DNA of 64,000 bases from Malacoraja senta. Its lineage: Eukaryota. Made by a program: the position numbers and the translations under genes. The stretch spans positions 14,508,001-14,572,000 of the forward strand of contig CM075982.1 in the NCBI GenBank assembly GCA_038087875.1. Direction: 5' to 3'. The notes under the pieces were generated by a model. That model was given only the letters and a program-made list of their open reading frames with translations, did not search any database and had not been told where the DNA came from. Positions 24,870 through 37,177 of the stretch are shown piece after piece (position 1 is the stretch's first letter; every line of letters starts with the position of its first letter).

Positions 24870-25720
24870 AACATGGTGAGTCATGAAGCGGCCCATTCAA
24901 AACACTGCAATCAGTGTGGTGTGGGTATTCCCATCATGTTCTTAAGTGGGGAGTACAGTATTTAGACCCTGCGTTGATTAAGGAATGGCAGTAATACTTC
25001 AAGTACATGTAACATATATTGAGATAGAAGGGATTGGGCAGATGATGGTGTCCTTGAACATTGAGGTCATGGAGTTGGCTGATGTGGTTGAAGAAACCTC
25101 AGTGCATCAGCAACTTGCTTCAGCGCCATTATTAGATGGTACAATACACAGCCCTGTAGTGCCATGGGAGGAGGAGAGCATGTTTGAGATGGTGGTCGAG
25201 GGTGCCTTGCTTTCACCTGGATGGTGCTGGGCTTCTAGATTGTTGTTGGAGCTGCACACACCCAGGCTAGTGGACAGGTATTCTAGAAACAAAGAACTGC
25301 AGATGCTGGTTAATGCACGAAAGGACACAAAGTGCTGACGTAACTCAGAGCATCTCTGGTGAACATGGATCGGTAATGTATCAGACCCAAAATGTCACCT
25401 GTCTACGTTCTCCAGAGATGCTCTGAGTTAGTCTAGCACTTGGTGTCCTTTTGTGGAAAGTGTTCTATCCTGCTTGTCGAGTCCAGCAATGGAAATTGAT
25501 TTTTGAGGTGCACTGGGGAGTTCTTGACTAAAGGAATTCCTGCAGCAATGCCAGAAGCTGAGAAACAGTACAACTCCAATGATCCAGCATGCCCAGGGCT
25601 TTGATGCTGTTGAGCTGGTAGTTTTTTTTATTACTATTGGATGTTTCCACCACATCCCATGTGCACTTTTAATTCACCTTATTATAGATATTACAGAATA
25701 TCACCATAAATTTTCCAGTG
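24870..25720 (-). mobile_element. Old CR1-clade LINE remnant containing a fold-back PLE insertion (about 25283-25453)
   Basis: Similar to 12950-13990; inverted PLE arms in the middle. Confidence 0.55.
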
Positions 25721-26054
25721 AACCAGGTAAGCTTAAAGAGGACACAGGAAGCGGGGCCCTGGTGAGTGGAAAGGGAATTCAGCAATTATCACCTTGGGAC
25801 TAAAACAATAAGATTTAGAAACATTCAAATACCAGATTATTGGATTTTTACTCCACAAAGGCAGCAACTCTACCGCTGCGCCACCGTGCTGCTTACCACA
25901 TGTGTTTCCAACGTGGGGTTCCACAGGACCAGTAAGAGCACCAGTAAGATTAGATATAGATAACAAACAGTAATGTTTGCTAAACAATCTCCTATATTCC
26001 CTATCGGGGAGCAAGGTATAGCGTACTACTAAAATAAAAACAGTGGATCCGCCT

Positions 26055-26250
26055 AGTATCTCAGCAACAATTTATTCCTCAACCAATATCACGAAGAATT
26101 GATTATGGGGTCATTAACAATTGCCGCAATGGGAGCTTCCTGGGCACAAAATGGCAGCATTTTTTCCCCTACTACTCATCAAAGCCTCTTCATTTTTAAG
26201 CTCTTTGGTATGTCCTGAGCTTGTGAATTGCACTGGTAAATGCAAGGATT
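26055..26250 (+). mobile_element. Deu-domain SINE remnant
   Basis: CAATTTATTCCTCAACCAATATCAC..GATTATGGGGTCATTA..GGGAGCTT..GCACAAAATGGCAGC..TAAATGCAAG. Confidence 0.65.
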
Positions 26251-28235
26251 TATTTTTGTTAAGAGTTCTACCATGGGGATTCGCGATCTCCAAATGTTCA
26301 TTCCACGTAATTGATTGAAACAACGTTGTTCAGTTCCATCGAAACCTTCTTGTACAAAACCTGTCCTGAAACCTCCTGTTCAGACGGAATACACGGAGAA
26401 AAGTATTTCATCTTAATTTGCTCTGTGCATTAGTTTTCATCATTCCCATACTGTTTATCATGTTGCAAATGAGAGGGAGAATGTGGGAAAGATTTTTCAC
26501 TTTAATGCGATCATGCAGACTGATTTATTCAAAACACACAGGGTCCTGTAAAAGCTCCATCAAATGCAACAGTGGAAGAATTATTAAAGGAACACTTTTA
26601 AATCAGCATGATGTGCAGTTCTGTTTATTGTTCCCTTCAGCCTGTGGTGTGTTGTTAAATGACTAGCACTCTGAGCTGGTTTTCTTCACATAGCCTTGGG
26701 CTATCGTTACAGAACTAAATTCCTTAAATGGTTCTGTGCTCTCCCCCAATGAGATTAAACAGTTAACTTCAAACAATCTCAAAAAAATATACAGCAGGTC
26801 ATGGTCAGTGTGTAACATCCACAAAATACAATGCAGCATCTTTACAGGGCTTCTTCAACAGCACCTCCAAACCCAGGCCCTCAGCATTGTCAAAGACAAA
26901 GGCACTGAAGCACCACTGACTGCAACCTCGTCATCTCTGTTCCACAGGCAACAAGCTTAGTTTCTCCAAGACGGAATGCACATGACGGGTTGCGATGCGC
27001 AAGTCCCCAGAGAATGGGGGAGAAGCATATCCAACATCGCTCTTGTCCTGATAGCCAGCTTTGTGAGTGGCTGCATCAAGCTGTGTGCAGAACAGAAATA
27101 GACGAACACCAGCATCTCTTTGTGCTGAGGTTGTATCTGTCCTGGTGTGTCGAAAGATGGGCCTGGCTCGTTACCCCACAATGTTTCAAACAGTTAGACA
27201 TCGTGGCACTTTATGGAAATGTTCTTTCAGTAAAAACAGTCCATCAGAGAGTGGAACTTCCTGCAGACCATGAGGGAAAAGATAACGATGGATCCAGAAG
27301 GGTGGTGGTTCGCTGAATTATTTGGCAGAATGGCTGATCACCAGGACTCGCCAACAAGCACCAGGTGCTTGCCAAACAGTGGGGTAAAAGAGGACTCATT
27401 GATCTATGAGCTGTGTCCAGGACCCACTGAGACGGACATCAAATGCTGTTGGGAGATCATTAACTTATGAAAGGTGCAATTTTGTCTGCTCAAAACGTTT
27501 TGTTATTCTGATATATTGAGATGTACGTAAAGGAGTAGCATATTCCATGCTGCAGGAGTACAAGCGGAGGGTTGCTCTGAAGCTCAGCGCTACCAACATA
27601 AAGATATTGTGGGGAAGGACTGCAATCTCAGGCCCTTCTGCCACTTGATATGGAGGGCTGTGTCAAAGCCTCTCAAACACTGGACCTTCATTCTCACCCA
27701 GGTGACCACATGACCAGCAATGGGTCTCTGTAGACAGAATGTACAAACATTCCCACTGTGGAGAACCAATAACACTGTGAATGGATAATCTGAATAACAC
27801 TATCTGTGTGTAATGAAACCCATGCACTGCTTTTGTTATATTTCCTGTATATATTTTTATGAACAAAGTTAATATTTAAAATAATAAAATAAATCTCTCC
27901 TCACAGCTGCAACATTCCAGCCCTGGCAACATCCTCATAAATCTCTTCAGTACTCTCTCCATTTCAACTTTATCTTTCCTGTAATGTGGCAATATAGCAC
28001 TTAAACTGTGTCGCATGGAGTGTATACACAACATAACACATACTATGCTCTATACAGCTCCAGCATAACCCTTTTCTCATATTCCTGTATGTCTATTTTA
28101 CCACCTTATTGACCTTTTACGGATCTGTTGACATAGATGACAGAGATCTTTAAAAGTAGGCCAATATCTTCCACTTATTGGACATTTCCTTGCCTTGTAG
28201 CACTTTCCCAAATGCATCCCCACGTCCTTTGCTTT

Positions 28236-28486
28236 GGTTTAGTTTAGTTTAGAGATACAGCGTGGAAACAAGTCCATGCCAACCAGCGATCGCCGCACAC
28301 TTGCACTATCCTACACACACTAGGGACGATTTCCAATTTTTACCAAGCCAATTAACCTACAAACCTGTGCATCTTTGGAGTCTGGGAGGAAACCGGAGAT
28401 CCAGGAGAAAACACACACAGGTCATGGGGAGAACATACAAACTCCGTACAGACAGTACCCATAGTCAGGATCAAACCCGGGTCTCA
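28236..28486 (-). mobile_element. tRNA-headed SINE interrupted by Rex1
   Basis: (CTAAA)n tail, V-domain, B box; most of the head is missing at the Rex1 junction. Confidence 0.85.
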
Positions 28487-29050
28487 GATTCAAGATTCAA
28501 GATTCAAGAGAGTTTATTGTCATGTGTCCCTGATAGGACAATGAAATTCTTGCTTTGTTTCAGCACAACAGAACATAGTAGGCATGACTACGGAACAGAT
28601 CAGTGTGTCCATGTACCATTATATAAATATATACACACATGAATAAATAAACTGATAACGTGCAAATAAACAGATAATGGGCTATTAATGTTCAGAGTTT
28701 TGTCCGAGCCAAGTTTAATAGCCTGATGGCTGTGGGGAAGTAGCTATTCCTGAACCTGGTCGTTGCAGTCTTCAGGCTCCTGTACCTTCTACCTGAAGGT
28801 AGCGGGGAGATGAGTGTGTGGCCAGGATGGTGTGGGTCCTTGATGATACTGCCAGCCTTTTTGAGGCAGCGACTGTGGTAGATCCCCTCGATGGAAGGGA
28901 GGTCAGAGCCGATGATGGACTGGGCAGTGTTTACTACTTTTTGCAGTCTTTTCCGCTCCAGGGCGCACAAGTTGCCGAAACACGCCACGATGCAACCGGT
29001 CAGCATGCTCTCTACTGTGCACCTGTAGAACATAGAGAGAGTCCTCCTTG
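28487..29050 (-). mobile_element. 5'-truncated Rex1/Babar LINE
   Basis: ORF 28692-29084 C-terminus nearly identical to the 22217-22852 copy; (TCTTGAA)n tail. Confidence 0.9.
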
Positions 29051-30620
29051 CCGCCCCTTCTCCAGAGTAAATTCCATTTGCCATAATAACATGTCACACA
29101 GCATTTGATTTCTATTTGCTATTTTCCCATCAACCAGACCATCCATATCTTCCTGTAGCCTACAGTCTTTCTCCTGAATTCACTTAATTCTGCATCATAA
29201 TTTCCTGCCTCCCAAACCAAACTACACTTTTAGGTTTTCAGTTAACAGGAAATTAACTTAAGTTGGCCTACTTTCATGTTAGATTTCAGGACAAGATGAA
29301 TTCTCCAATTAGTCGTGAAACAGAAATCAAATCCTTTCAGCTTTTCTTATTTGCCAATTTGTTCGTGGTTTTTGTTAATTGCAGGAGGACAGGATGTCTC
29401 TTGGTGTTTAATGAATACTGGAAAAGGGAGCAATTTGGAAGGGCAAAGCTGGTTTTAATTGGACTGGTAGGAGAACACTTCAAACCTCAGGATCACAGAA
29501 CAGAAATCGTCATTGGTGCAACCTCAGGGAGGGTAATACTCTGAAATAATCAGACCCAAGAGCTCAACCCAACTAAAGAAGTGTAACAGATGTAAACCAG
29601 CATATTACTGTCGTGGTCATTTATAGAATCACAGCTCGAGAGACCTCAGGGCTTTGCATGCAGAATGGCTACATTTCTTATTGTATAGACCAGTTATAGA
29701 AATCACCAATTTGGTAACTTGAAATAAAAGATGTGCTTCAATAAAACCTATCACAACCATAGAATGTTGGAGTCATAGTCAAACAGTGTGGAAACAGGCC
29801 CAACTTACCTAATCCAAACAACATGTCCCATCTGCACTAGTCCCACTTGCCTGCGTTTGGCCCAGATCCCTCAAAACCTGTCCTATCCATGTACCTGTCT
29901 AATTGTTCCTTAAATGTGTTCCAAAGCATTTTACAGCCAGTGAAGTTGTTGCTTTAATATGTCAAATACAGATTGTGGAAGCAACTCCACCGGCAGGAAC
30001 ATGAACCTGAGAATGAACAGAAAATCTGACCTTCAGTGATGATGACTGCAGAATGCTAGTTAAGGATTAAATGTTGGCTGGAAAAAAAACGGTGTTTTGT
30101 TTGGGACCATCTGAGAGGGATAACTCCTCTCAGAATGGATAGATTTTGGCTTTGCTTTGGCATGATTTAAATAGTTAAAATGGGTGTCATTCCCTTCATG
30201 TGAATATAAGATGAGGGTCAGAGATGTCCTGCAGAAACAAAGGTAAAAAAGGAATTCTACTTAAGCTGCGTGTTTAAAATGATAACAAGTGCAGTGTGTT
30301 TGTAGACCAAAAATGTAATTCTCAAGACAACCGGGCTATTATAAACAAGGATACCAACAGTTGGGAGCCATTATCTTGTTGTTAATTGTTAACAGTTTGA
30401 TTGCTCGCCAGCCTCAAGCAACTAGTTGGAATATTAAAGGAATAAACATAATCTTGTTACATTAACCTCATCATTCTATCTACCACATCAGCTACCTTAT
30501 CAAATGTAAAGGGCAATAGTACTCTATTGCAATAAGATGCAATTTGTCCCAACATTTTGTACCACCACCCATCATCCTTCCCTCAGTTACCATACAAAAT
30601 AACAGATCAGCATGTTATTA

Positions 30621-30655
30621 AGTCTGAAGAAGGGTTTCGGCCCGAAACGTTGCCT
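30621..30655 (+). ncRNA. Minimal type I hammerhead ribozyme-like motif in a PLE end
   Basis: CUGAAGA-A-[GGGU UUCG GCCC]-GAAA-CGUU; palindromic AACGUU in place of helix III; PLE end sequence continues to about 30695. Confidence 0.6.
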
Positions 30656-30794
30656 ATTTCCTTCGCTCCATAGATGCTGCCGCACCGGCTGAGTGGATGT
30701 CTTTACCAGCCGTCCACTTTTCCAGAATAATACACTAGATGTGGGAAGCATAGCAGGTGCAAGTTAGACCAAGGTTTTGCTATAATCCCAAGGC

Positions 30795-31092
30795 TGCCCG
30801 GTGCACAGCGGTAGAGTTGCTGCCTCACAGCGCCAGAGAGCCAGGTTCAATCCTGGCTACGAGTGCTGTCAATACAGACTGTACATTCTCCTCGTGACTT
30901 GTGTGGGTTTTCTCCGGGATCTCCAGTTTCCTCCCACACATACAGATGTGTAAGTTAATTGGCTTGGTATAATTGATAAATTGTCCCTAGTGCGTGTAGG
31001 ATAGTGTTATTGTACAGGGATCGCTGATGGGAACTGACTTGTTGGGCTGAAGGGCCTGTTTCTCATCACTGTATCTCTAAACTAAACTAAAA
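30795..31092 (+). mobile_element. tRNA-headed SINE (HE1/V-SINE-like)
   Basis: A and B boxes, V-domain, CR1-like tail, (CTAAA)n. Confidence 0.9.
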
Positions 31093-31789
31093 AAGGTATC
31101 ACATTATTTTAAAAAAGGTGGGATGCATTGATAACGATTAACGTCCAGAGTGTTTGTGGAAGAAAAGACAATTCAAGCATTAGTCATTTAAAAACAAAGC
31201 AAAAAGCCCATGTGTTAAAGAAGGAACTGCAGATGCTGGAAAATCGAAGGTACACAAAAATGCTGGAGAAACTCAGCGGGTGCCCATGTACCTGACTCAC
31301 TTCCCAGGCAACGTTCTGCTTGAGCTGTGATTGGAAATGTTTGCACAAATATGCATTAGTTGTTCTGCTCTTCAATCTCAAGGACTGTGGCGCACTACAT
31401 TATTAAATTAAACTAATCAATACTGACATTTCAAACGATACAATAGCCAGGATTGCTCGACTGTGCCAGTGATTTGGTTCTAATTATAATTCACTGTAAA
31501 TGCTTCGGAAGAAAATATTCGGTCTCGCTCTCCTTTACTGAGTGCATCTGAGAAAATCAAATCATACAAAAAAATAGCAATTTGCCTCAGCAATCGTTTG
31601 GTACAACAACAACAACAACCAGGGATGGGCTTTGAGATGGGGGGGGGGGTCATTTAAACAAAGGAAATAATTTCATTAACGTGCCACCATTCACAATCTC
31701 AGGAACTTGCAGAGCACATGACAGCTTCTCTGAAATAGTGTCGTTGTTGGAATAAGGGGAGGCAGTACGGTTCCACAAAAAGCAAGATG

Positions 31790-32193
31790 AACACAAAATG
31801 CTGGAGTAACTCAACAGGGCAGGCAGGATCTCTGGAAAGAACGGGTGATGTTACAGGTCAAGACCCTTCTTCCATCTGAGAGTCAGGGGAGAGGGAAACT
31901 AGAGATATGGAAGGGTAACAAAGACAATGCAAGGTGTGAAAACGACAGATTAAATCAGACAATGTTCAAGGAAATGTAGAATGGTCCATTGTTGGCTGAG
32001 ACGGAGGTGACAACAAGGCATACAAACAGTAAAATTAATCCGGAGGACAATGAAACTAGTCGGAGAACTAGTGTGGAGGAGGGACGGAGAGAGGGGGAAA
32101 CCAAAGGTTACTTGAAGTTAGAGAAATCAATATTCATACTGCTGGGTGTATGCTACCCAAGTGTAAGATGAGGTGCCGTTCCTCCAATTTACA
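31790..32193 (-). mobile_element. PLE 3' end (end of GIY-YIG ORF, UTR and terminus)
   Basis: Minus strand KLEERHLI..P.SMNIDFSNFK* then UTR and terminal motif; a short related end lies at about 31211-31283. Confidence 0.8.
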
Positions 32194-32205
32194 TTTTGGA
32201 GGCCA

Positions 32206-32922
32206 ATAATCATAATCATACTTTATCAGCCAATTATGTTTTGCAACATGCGAGGAATTTGATTTGCCTTACAGTCATACAAATAAAAAGCAACAAAATA
32301 CACACAAAATACAATTGAACATAAACATCCACCACAGTGACTCCTCCACATTCCTCACTGTAATGGAAGGCGAAAAAAAAGTTCAATCTCTTCTGTTCTC
32401 CCACAGTCGGGGGTCAGGCGCTCCGCGTCGGGGCGATCAAGTTCTCACATCGGGGGATCTCAGCTCCCCGCACCGGGCGATCGGACCCCGGGTCGTGGCT
32501 AGTTGAACCTCTTGCGACTTTGGAGCTTCCTGACATCAGTCTCTACCCAAGACTGCGAGCTCCCCGATGTTGAAATTCGCAGGTCGCAGTTGGAGCGTCC
32601 ATCCCAGGCAAGGGATCGCAGGCTCCGATGGTAAGTCCACGGCCCTGTGGTGGGGCTCAAAGTCAGTCTCGAGCAAGGCCGCCAGCTCCATGATGTTAGG
32701 CCGCAGAGCGACCGGAGATACGATCCGGAAAACAACCACATCTCCGGCAAGGTAAAAGATTGAAAAAAAAGTTTCCCCCGACTCCCGCCCCCCCCCCCCC
32801 CACCACATAAAACAAACTAGAGATCATTAACACATACTTTTTAAAACACACAAAAAATAACAGAAAGAGACGAAAAGGCAGACAGACTGTCGGCGAGGCT
32901 GCCATCGCTGACGGCGCCACCT
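32206..32922 (-). mobile_element. GC-rich non-autonomous retroelement, apparently full length, Rex1-type tail
   Basis: 5' AGGTGGCGCCGTCAGCGATGGC, G-run+GGGGGAAAC, hairpin 32328-32367, tail AATTCCTCGCATGTTGCAAAACAT..ATAAAG(TATGAT)n. Confidence 0.75.
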
Positions 32923-33709
32923 GCAAGCTGTTAATAAGCAGGTAATCTACTTGTTATCAATGGAGAAGTAAATATTGACCAGGACATTGTCGGAAGATGC
33001 ACTATTCCAAATAGTGGCCTGGAATATTTGAATTTCACTTTGTACGGCATATAGGGGAAGAGACCGGGGGCTGGGTGTAGGGGGAGATAAGTGTAAAGTA
33101 GGCATAAAGTGCTGGTGCTCTGCAGTGCAATACAAGCCCACAACTGACTGACCATGACTAGCTTTATTTCTAGGAAAAGGCTGCTAAAAATAAAAGTTAA
33201 GTAAGGGAAACGTTTCATTACAACTAATTATGCAGCCTGTGCAATGATTTATGCACCATGAGCCAACTGTGATGTGTCCTAATAAGAAATAATAAGATAC
33301 AATTTGGCCTTTTGTAATGATATTTTTTACCAAAATGGACTGAGATGAAGTGTCGAGGGAAAATATAATAGGGGCAGTTTACAGACTACTTGGTAAGGGT
33401 AGGTAAGGCCACATTTGGAGTACTGTGTTCAGTTCTGGTCACCCTGTTATGGAAGAATGTCATTAAAATGGAAAAGGGGGTAAAATGATTTACCAGGTCT
33501 GGACAGAGGAGAGATTAGATTGATAGGGATTTGTTTTGCTAGTGTGCAAGAGGCTGAAGGGTGATCTTATAGAGGCTGGGCAAGGAGAACTGTACATAGC
33601 ACTCCAAGTGTGATCCCAAAGAGATTTGTACAGTAGTAACGTTATGACCCCTACTCAATGCGTTGACCAATGAAGGCAAGTATACCAAAATCCTTCTTCA
33701 CCCTGCAAG

Positions 33710-36700
33710 AAAAGTGAAAGCTAGTGAGTCAATGGCATAGGTCTGTAATGAGAGTTTTCAATAATCTGTCAGAGAAAGGAGGGAAAAGGAGAAAACAAGG
33801 ATGGAGTTATTGTAGCTTCTTTTGACTTTCAAACAATGAGGATTCAATACTGGAAATGGTAGGGAAGCATCCTGGTCGTTGCGATTGTAACAATTGTTTC
33901 AAATAATAATCACAAAAGATCAGAGCAGCAAAAAACTGGAATAAAATGATCAAAAGACAAACATGAAACTTGGGAAGGCAAACTGGAAGATTCGTTGCCA
34001 GACTTTGAACGGCAATGGGAAATAAGTTAAAAGGTCAACAAAGAGATGAGAAGAAGTGTTTTCTTCTAAAATATGAATCATCCAATCAAAAATTCTGATT
34101 GGATAATCAGACAGAGTAACATACAATTTAAAGAAAAAGCACACATACTGAGAGAGGTAACACAAGAGAATACGAGTCTCGGAATACAAAAAGGCATTTT
34201 GAGTATTGTGTTTAGTTTTGGTCACCTGCTTTAGGAAAGATGTTATTAAACTTGAAAGAGTGCAAAAAAGATTTACGTGGATGTTGCCAGGACTTGAGGG
34301 CCTAACCTATAGAGAGAGATTGGATAGGCTAGGGGATGAGGGGTGATCGTACATGAGGGACATAGAAAGGGCTTTTACCTAGAATAGGGGAATCAAAAAC
34401 TAGAGGTCATTGGTTTTAAGGTGAGAAGGGAAAGATTTAGTAGGAACCTGAGGGGCAACGGTAGTTGAGGCAGGTACTATCACAAAGTTAATTTAAAAAA
34501 TGAGGACATCTCCAATGCCCAGGTCTGGAACACCTCATCCTGGGTGCAGATGCGGCGTAGACAGAGCAATTGGGAGTAGGGGATAGAGTCCTTACAGGAA
34601 GCAGGGTGGGAAGAAGTGTAGTCCAGGTAGCTGTGGGTGTCAGTGGGGTTGTAGTAGATGTCGGTCAGTAGTCTGTGGCCTGCGATGGAGATGGTGAGAT
34701 CTAGGAACGGTAGGGAGATGTCGGAAAAGGTCCAGGTGAATTTGAGTGCCGGATGGAAATTAGTGGTGAAATGGATGAAGTCAGTGAGTTCTGCATGGAT
34801 GCAGGAGGTAGCACCACTGCAGTCATCAATGCAGCGGGGGTAGAGTTCGGGGATGGGGCCACGGTATGCTTGGAACAACGATTGTTTGACGTCCCCTACA
34901 AAGAGGCAGGCATAGCTGGGGCCCATGCGCGTGCCCATAGCTATGCCTTGGATTTGGAGGAAATGGGAGGAGTCAAAGGAAAAGTTGTTGAGGGCAAGGA
35001 CCAGCTCCGCTAGGTGGAGGAGAGTATTAGTAAAGGGAGATTGGTTGGTTCTGCGGTCGAGGAAGAAACGGAGGGCTTTAAGGCCCTCCTGGTGGGGGAT
35101 GGAGGTGCAGAGGGACTGGACATCCATAGTGTAGATGAGGGAGTGGGGGATTGGAAAACGGAAGTCATGAAGAAGACGAAGAGTGTGTGAGGTGTCTTGG
35201 ACATAGGTGGGGAGGGATTTGACCAAAGGGAATAGGATGAAGTCGACGTATGTGGAAATATGTTCCGTGGGACTTGAACAAGCAAGAAGAACTTTAAAGT
35301 ATTTTGCAGATATATGATTAATAAATCAGAGGAAGAAACTGGGCACTAAAGGATGTGCAAGATAAATCTCACAGTTAACGACAGCAAAGGTGCAGAAATA
35401 TTGAATAACTTCCTTATTTTATTATTTACTATAGAAGCCAACAAGCTTGAAAAGAGAAGAGAATGAGAAATCAGAAAATAACACATTGTCAGATAGAAAT
35501 ACGTGAGATAATTGACAAATTTATAGCAGCCCTGGTCTTGATCAATTGCATTTGCACATATGAAGGGTTAGGTTTGGGAGAATAGAGGCACTGAACATAT
35601 ATAAATAATATGTAATAATAAATTCATTAGAAAAGGGAATAGTAGCAGCAGGCTGGCAGGTAGTTAATATTATTCTTATATTTAAAATGAGAGACAAAGC
35701 ACATTTGGGGAATTTTAGGCCAAATAGATTAATGTCAGTGGTAGGAAAGATAATTAAATCTTCATTCGATGTGAAATAGAGAAACAGCAAGAAGCTGAAA
35801 ATATAATAAAGAACAGTCAGCATGGTTTACATAGGCAGTCATACTTCTCGAGTTCTTGAAAAAGGAGCTTTTGATGAAAGACAAGGGAAATCCAGAGAAT
35901 ATATTTGAATTTCCAATAGGTCTACAATACAGTGCCAAATAGCAGACTTAAGATCAAGGTCAGGGCATGTGAAATCACAAGAGTAGGTACAGAACAGATC
36001 ACAAGTTGAGTATAGAACAAAAAACAAGTGTTTGTCTCAGAGTGGCTAGTCAAAAGACACCAGGTTTTCCACAAGGAATTACTGGCATTCACAATTCCCA
36101 GAAATGGTTTGACTTATGAATCATGAAGACAATTTTAATATTTGCCAAACATGCCATTTGCAGAAAAGACGGGAAGCACAAGCATTAATAGATTTGCATA
36201 ATAGACATGTAAACTTTAATATAAGAAGGAGACATCAAATTACTTTTGCAGGAATAGAAAGTCTACATAAATCTTGGATAATGTAGCTATGTGTTGGATG
36301 AGCAAACATATCAAGGGGCACAGATGATAATATTGAAAGATAATGAATCTATAAAGAGACATGGATAACATGGAAATTAAAATCAAATCAATGAAACTAG
36401 CAACAGATTAATAAAGCCATCAAAATAATGTTCAGAAGGCACAAAACTGCAGATTCTGTAAATCTGTAGGCTTCATCGGAGCACATACATATCTGTGAAG
36501 AGTTCTGATCCACTATCACAAAAAGGTGGCACTGTGGAAATGTAAAATAAAATGGTAAGAATTATATCAGAACTCAGAGATTGAACCTTACAGGAAAGGC
36601 TAAACACAATGCAGCTCTCTTCTATAGAAAAAAGAAAATTGAAGACTGACTTAATGGGGACATTTAAGATAATACAGGGACTTGACATAATGGACTTAAA

Positions 36701-36950
36701 ATAATTCTATTCACAGGCAAGTCCAAAACTAGGGGTTAATTATGTATGGTAAGAACCTATAATTCTGAATCTCATTTGGGTGAAACCTGTTTATTCAGAC
36801 TAGTTCGAATATGGGTCTGGTTACCATTAGGTAGAATAATGTAGAGCATTTTAGACAAAGCAAATGACTCCGAATGGAAAAGGAGATGGGGTTAAATGTA
36901 AAGCATGGAGCAAAGTTCAGTTGAATGAAATGGCCTGCTACCTCTCGGAA
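33710..36950 (+). mobile_element. Very old CR1 ORF2 remnant with nested younger CR1 (about 34200-34480) and PLE
   Basis: Degenerate AEILNN.F, NFRPNRLMSVVGKI, NSQHGL, LNFQ and FKII.GLD motifs in CR1 order. Confidence 0.65.
34490..35280 (-). mobile_element. Penelope-like element reverse transcriptase fragment
   Basis: 248-aa ORF 34480-35226: TMDVQSLCTSIP, QIQGIAMGTRMGPSYACLFVG, RCIDD, LPFLDL, YLDYTSSHP, SIPYSQ..LRRIC. Confidence 0.92.
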
Positions 36951-36973
36951 ATCTGATGTAATAACATTGTAGC

Positions 36974-37041
36974 GGGGCTCATGTTGTTGACCTCCCCGTG
37001 GTGAGCCCTGTCAACTGACTTCAGTCAGGCGAACTACAACA
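36974..37041 (+). ncRNA. HDV/CPEB3-like self-cleaving ribozyme (predicted)
   Basis: P1 GGGGCUC/GAGCCCU, P2 UGUUGUUG/CUACAACA, P3 ACC/GGU, L3 UCCCCGU, P4 CUGAC/GUCAG, J4/2 GCGAA with candidate catalytic C37030. Confidence 0.85.
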
Positions 37042-37177
37042 CAGAGACAGCAGCAGCACCGCAGCTTGGCACCAACCCGGAGAATGCGCCCTTTTTAGAG
37101 CAGGCAACTACAGATGTCGAACAGGATGGCATCACCCTGCTGCAGACTTCTGCTGCCTCAAACGCAAGAAGAAGAAG
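36974..37177 (+). mobile_element. Short non-autonomous retroposon with ribozyme head and (GAA)n tail
   Basis: Starts at G1 of an HDV-like fold, ends AAACGC(AAG)4; imperfect 10-bp TSD ACATTGTAGC (36964-36973) and ACCTTGTAGT (37178-37187). Confidence 0.75.

Noticed and set aside
29385-29532. Possible plus-strand exon (TTGCAG acceptor, GTAATA donor, one open frame)
   Set aside because: Translation unrecognisable, weak donor and no partner exons; cannot be supported without RNA data.
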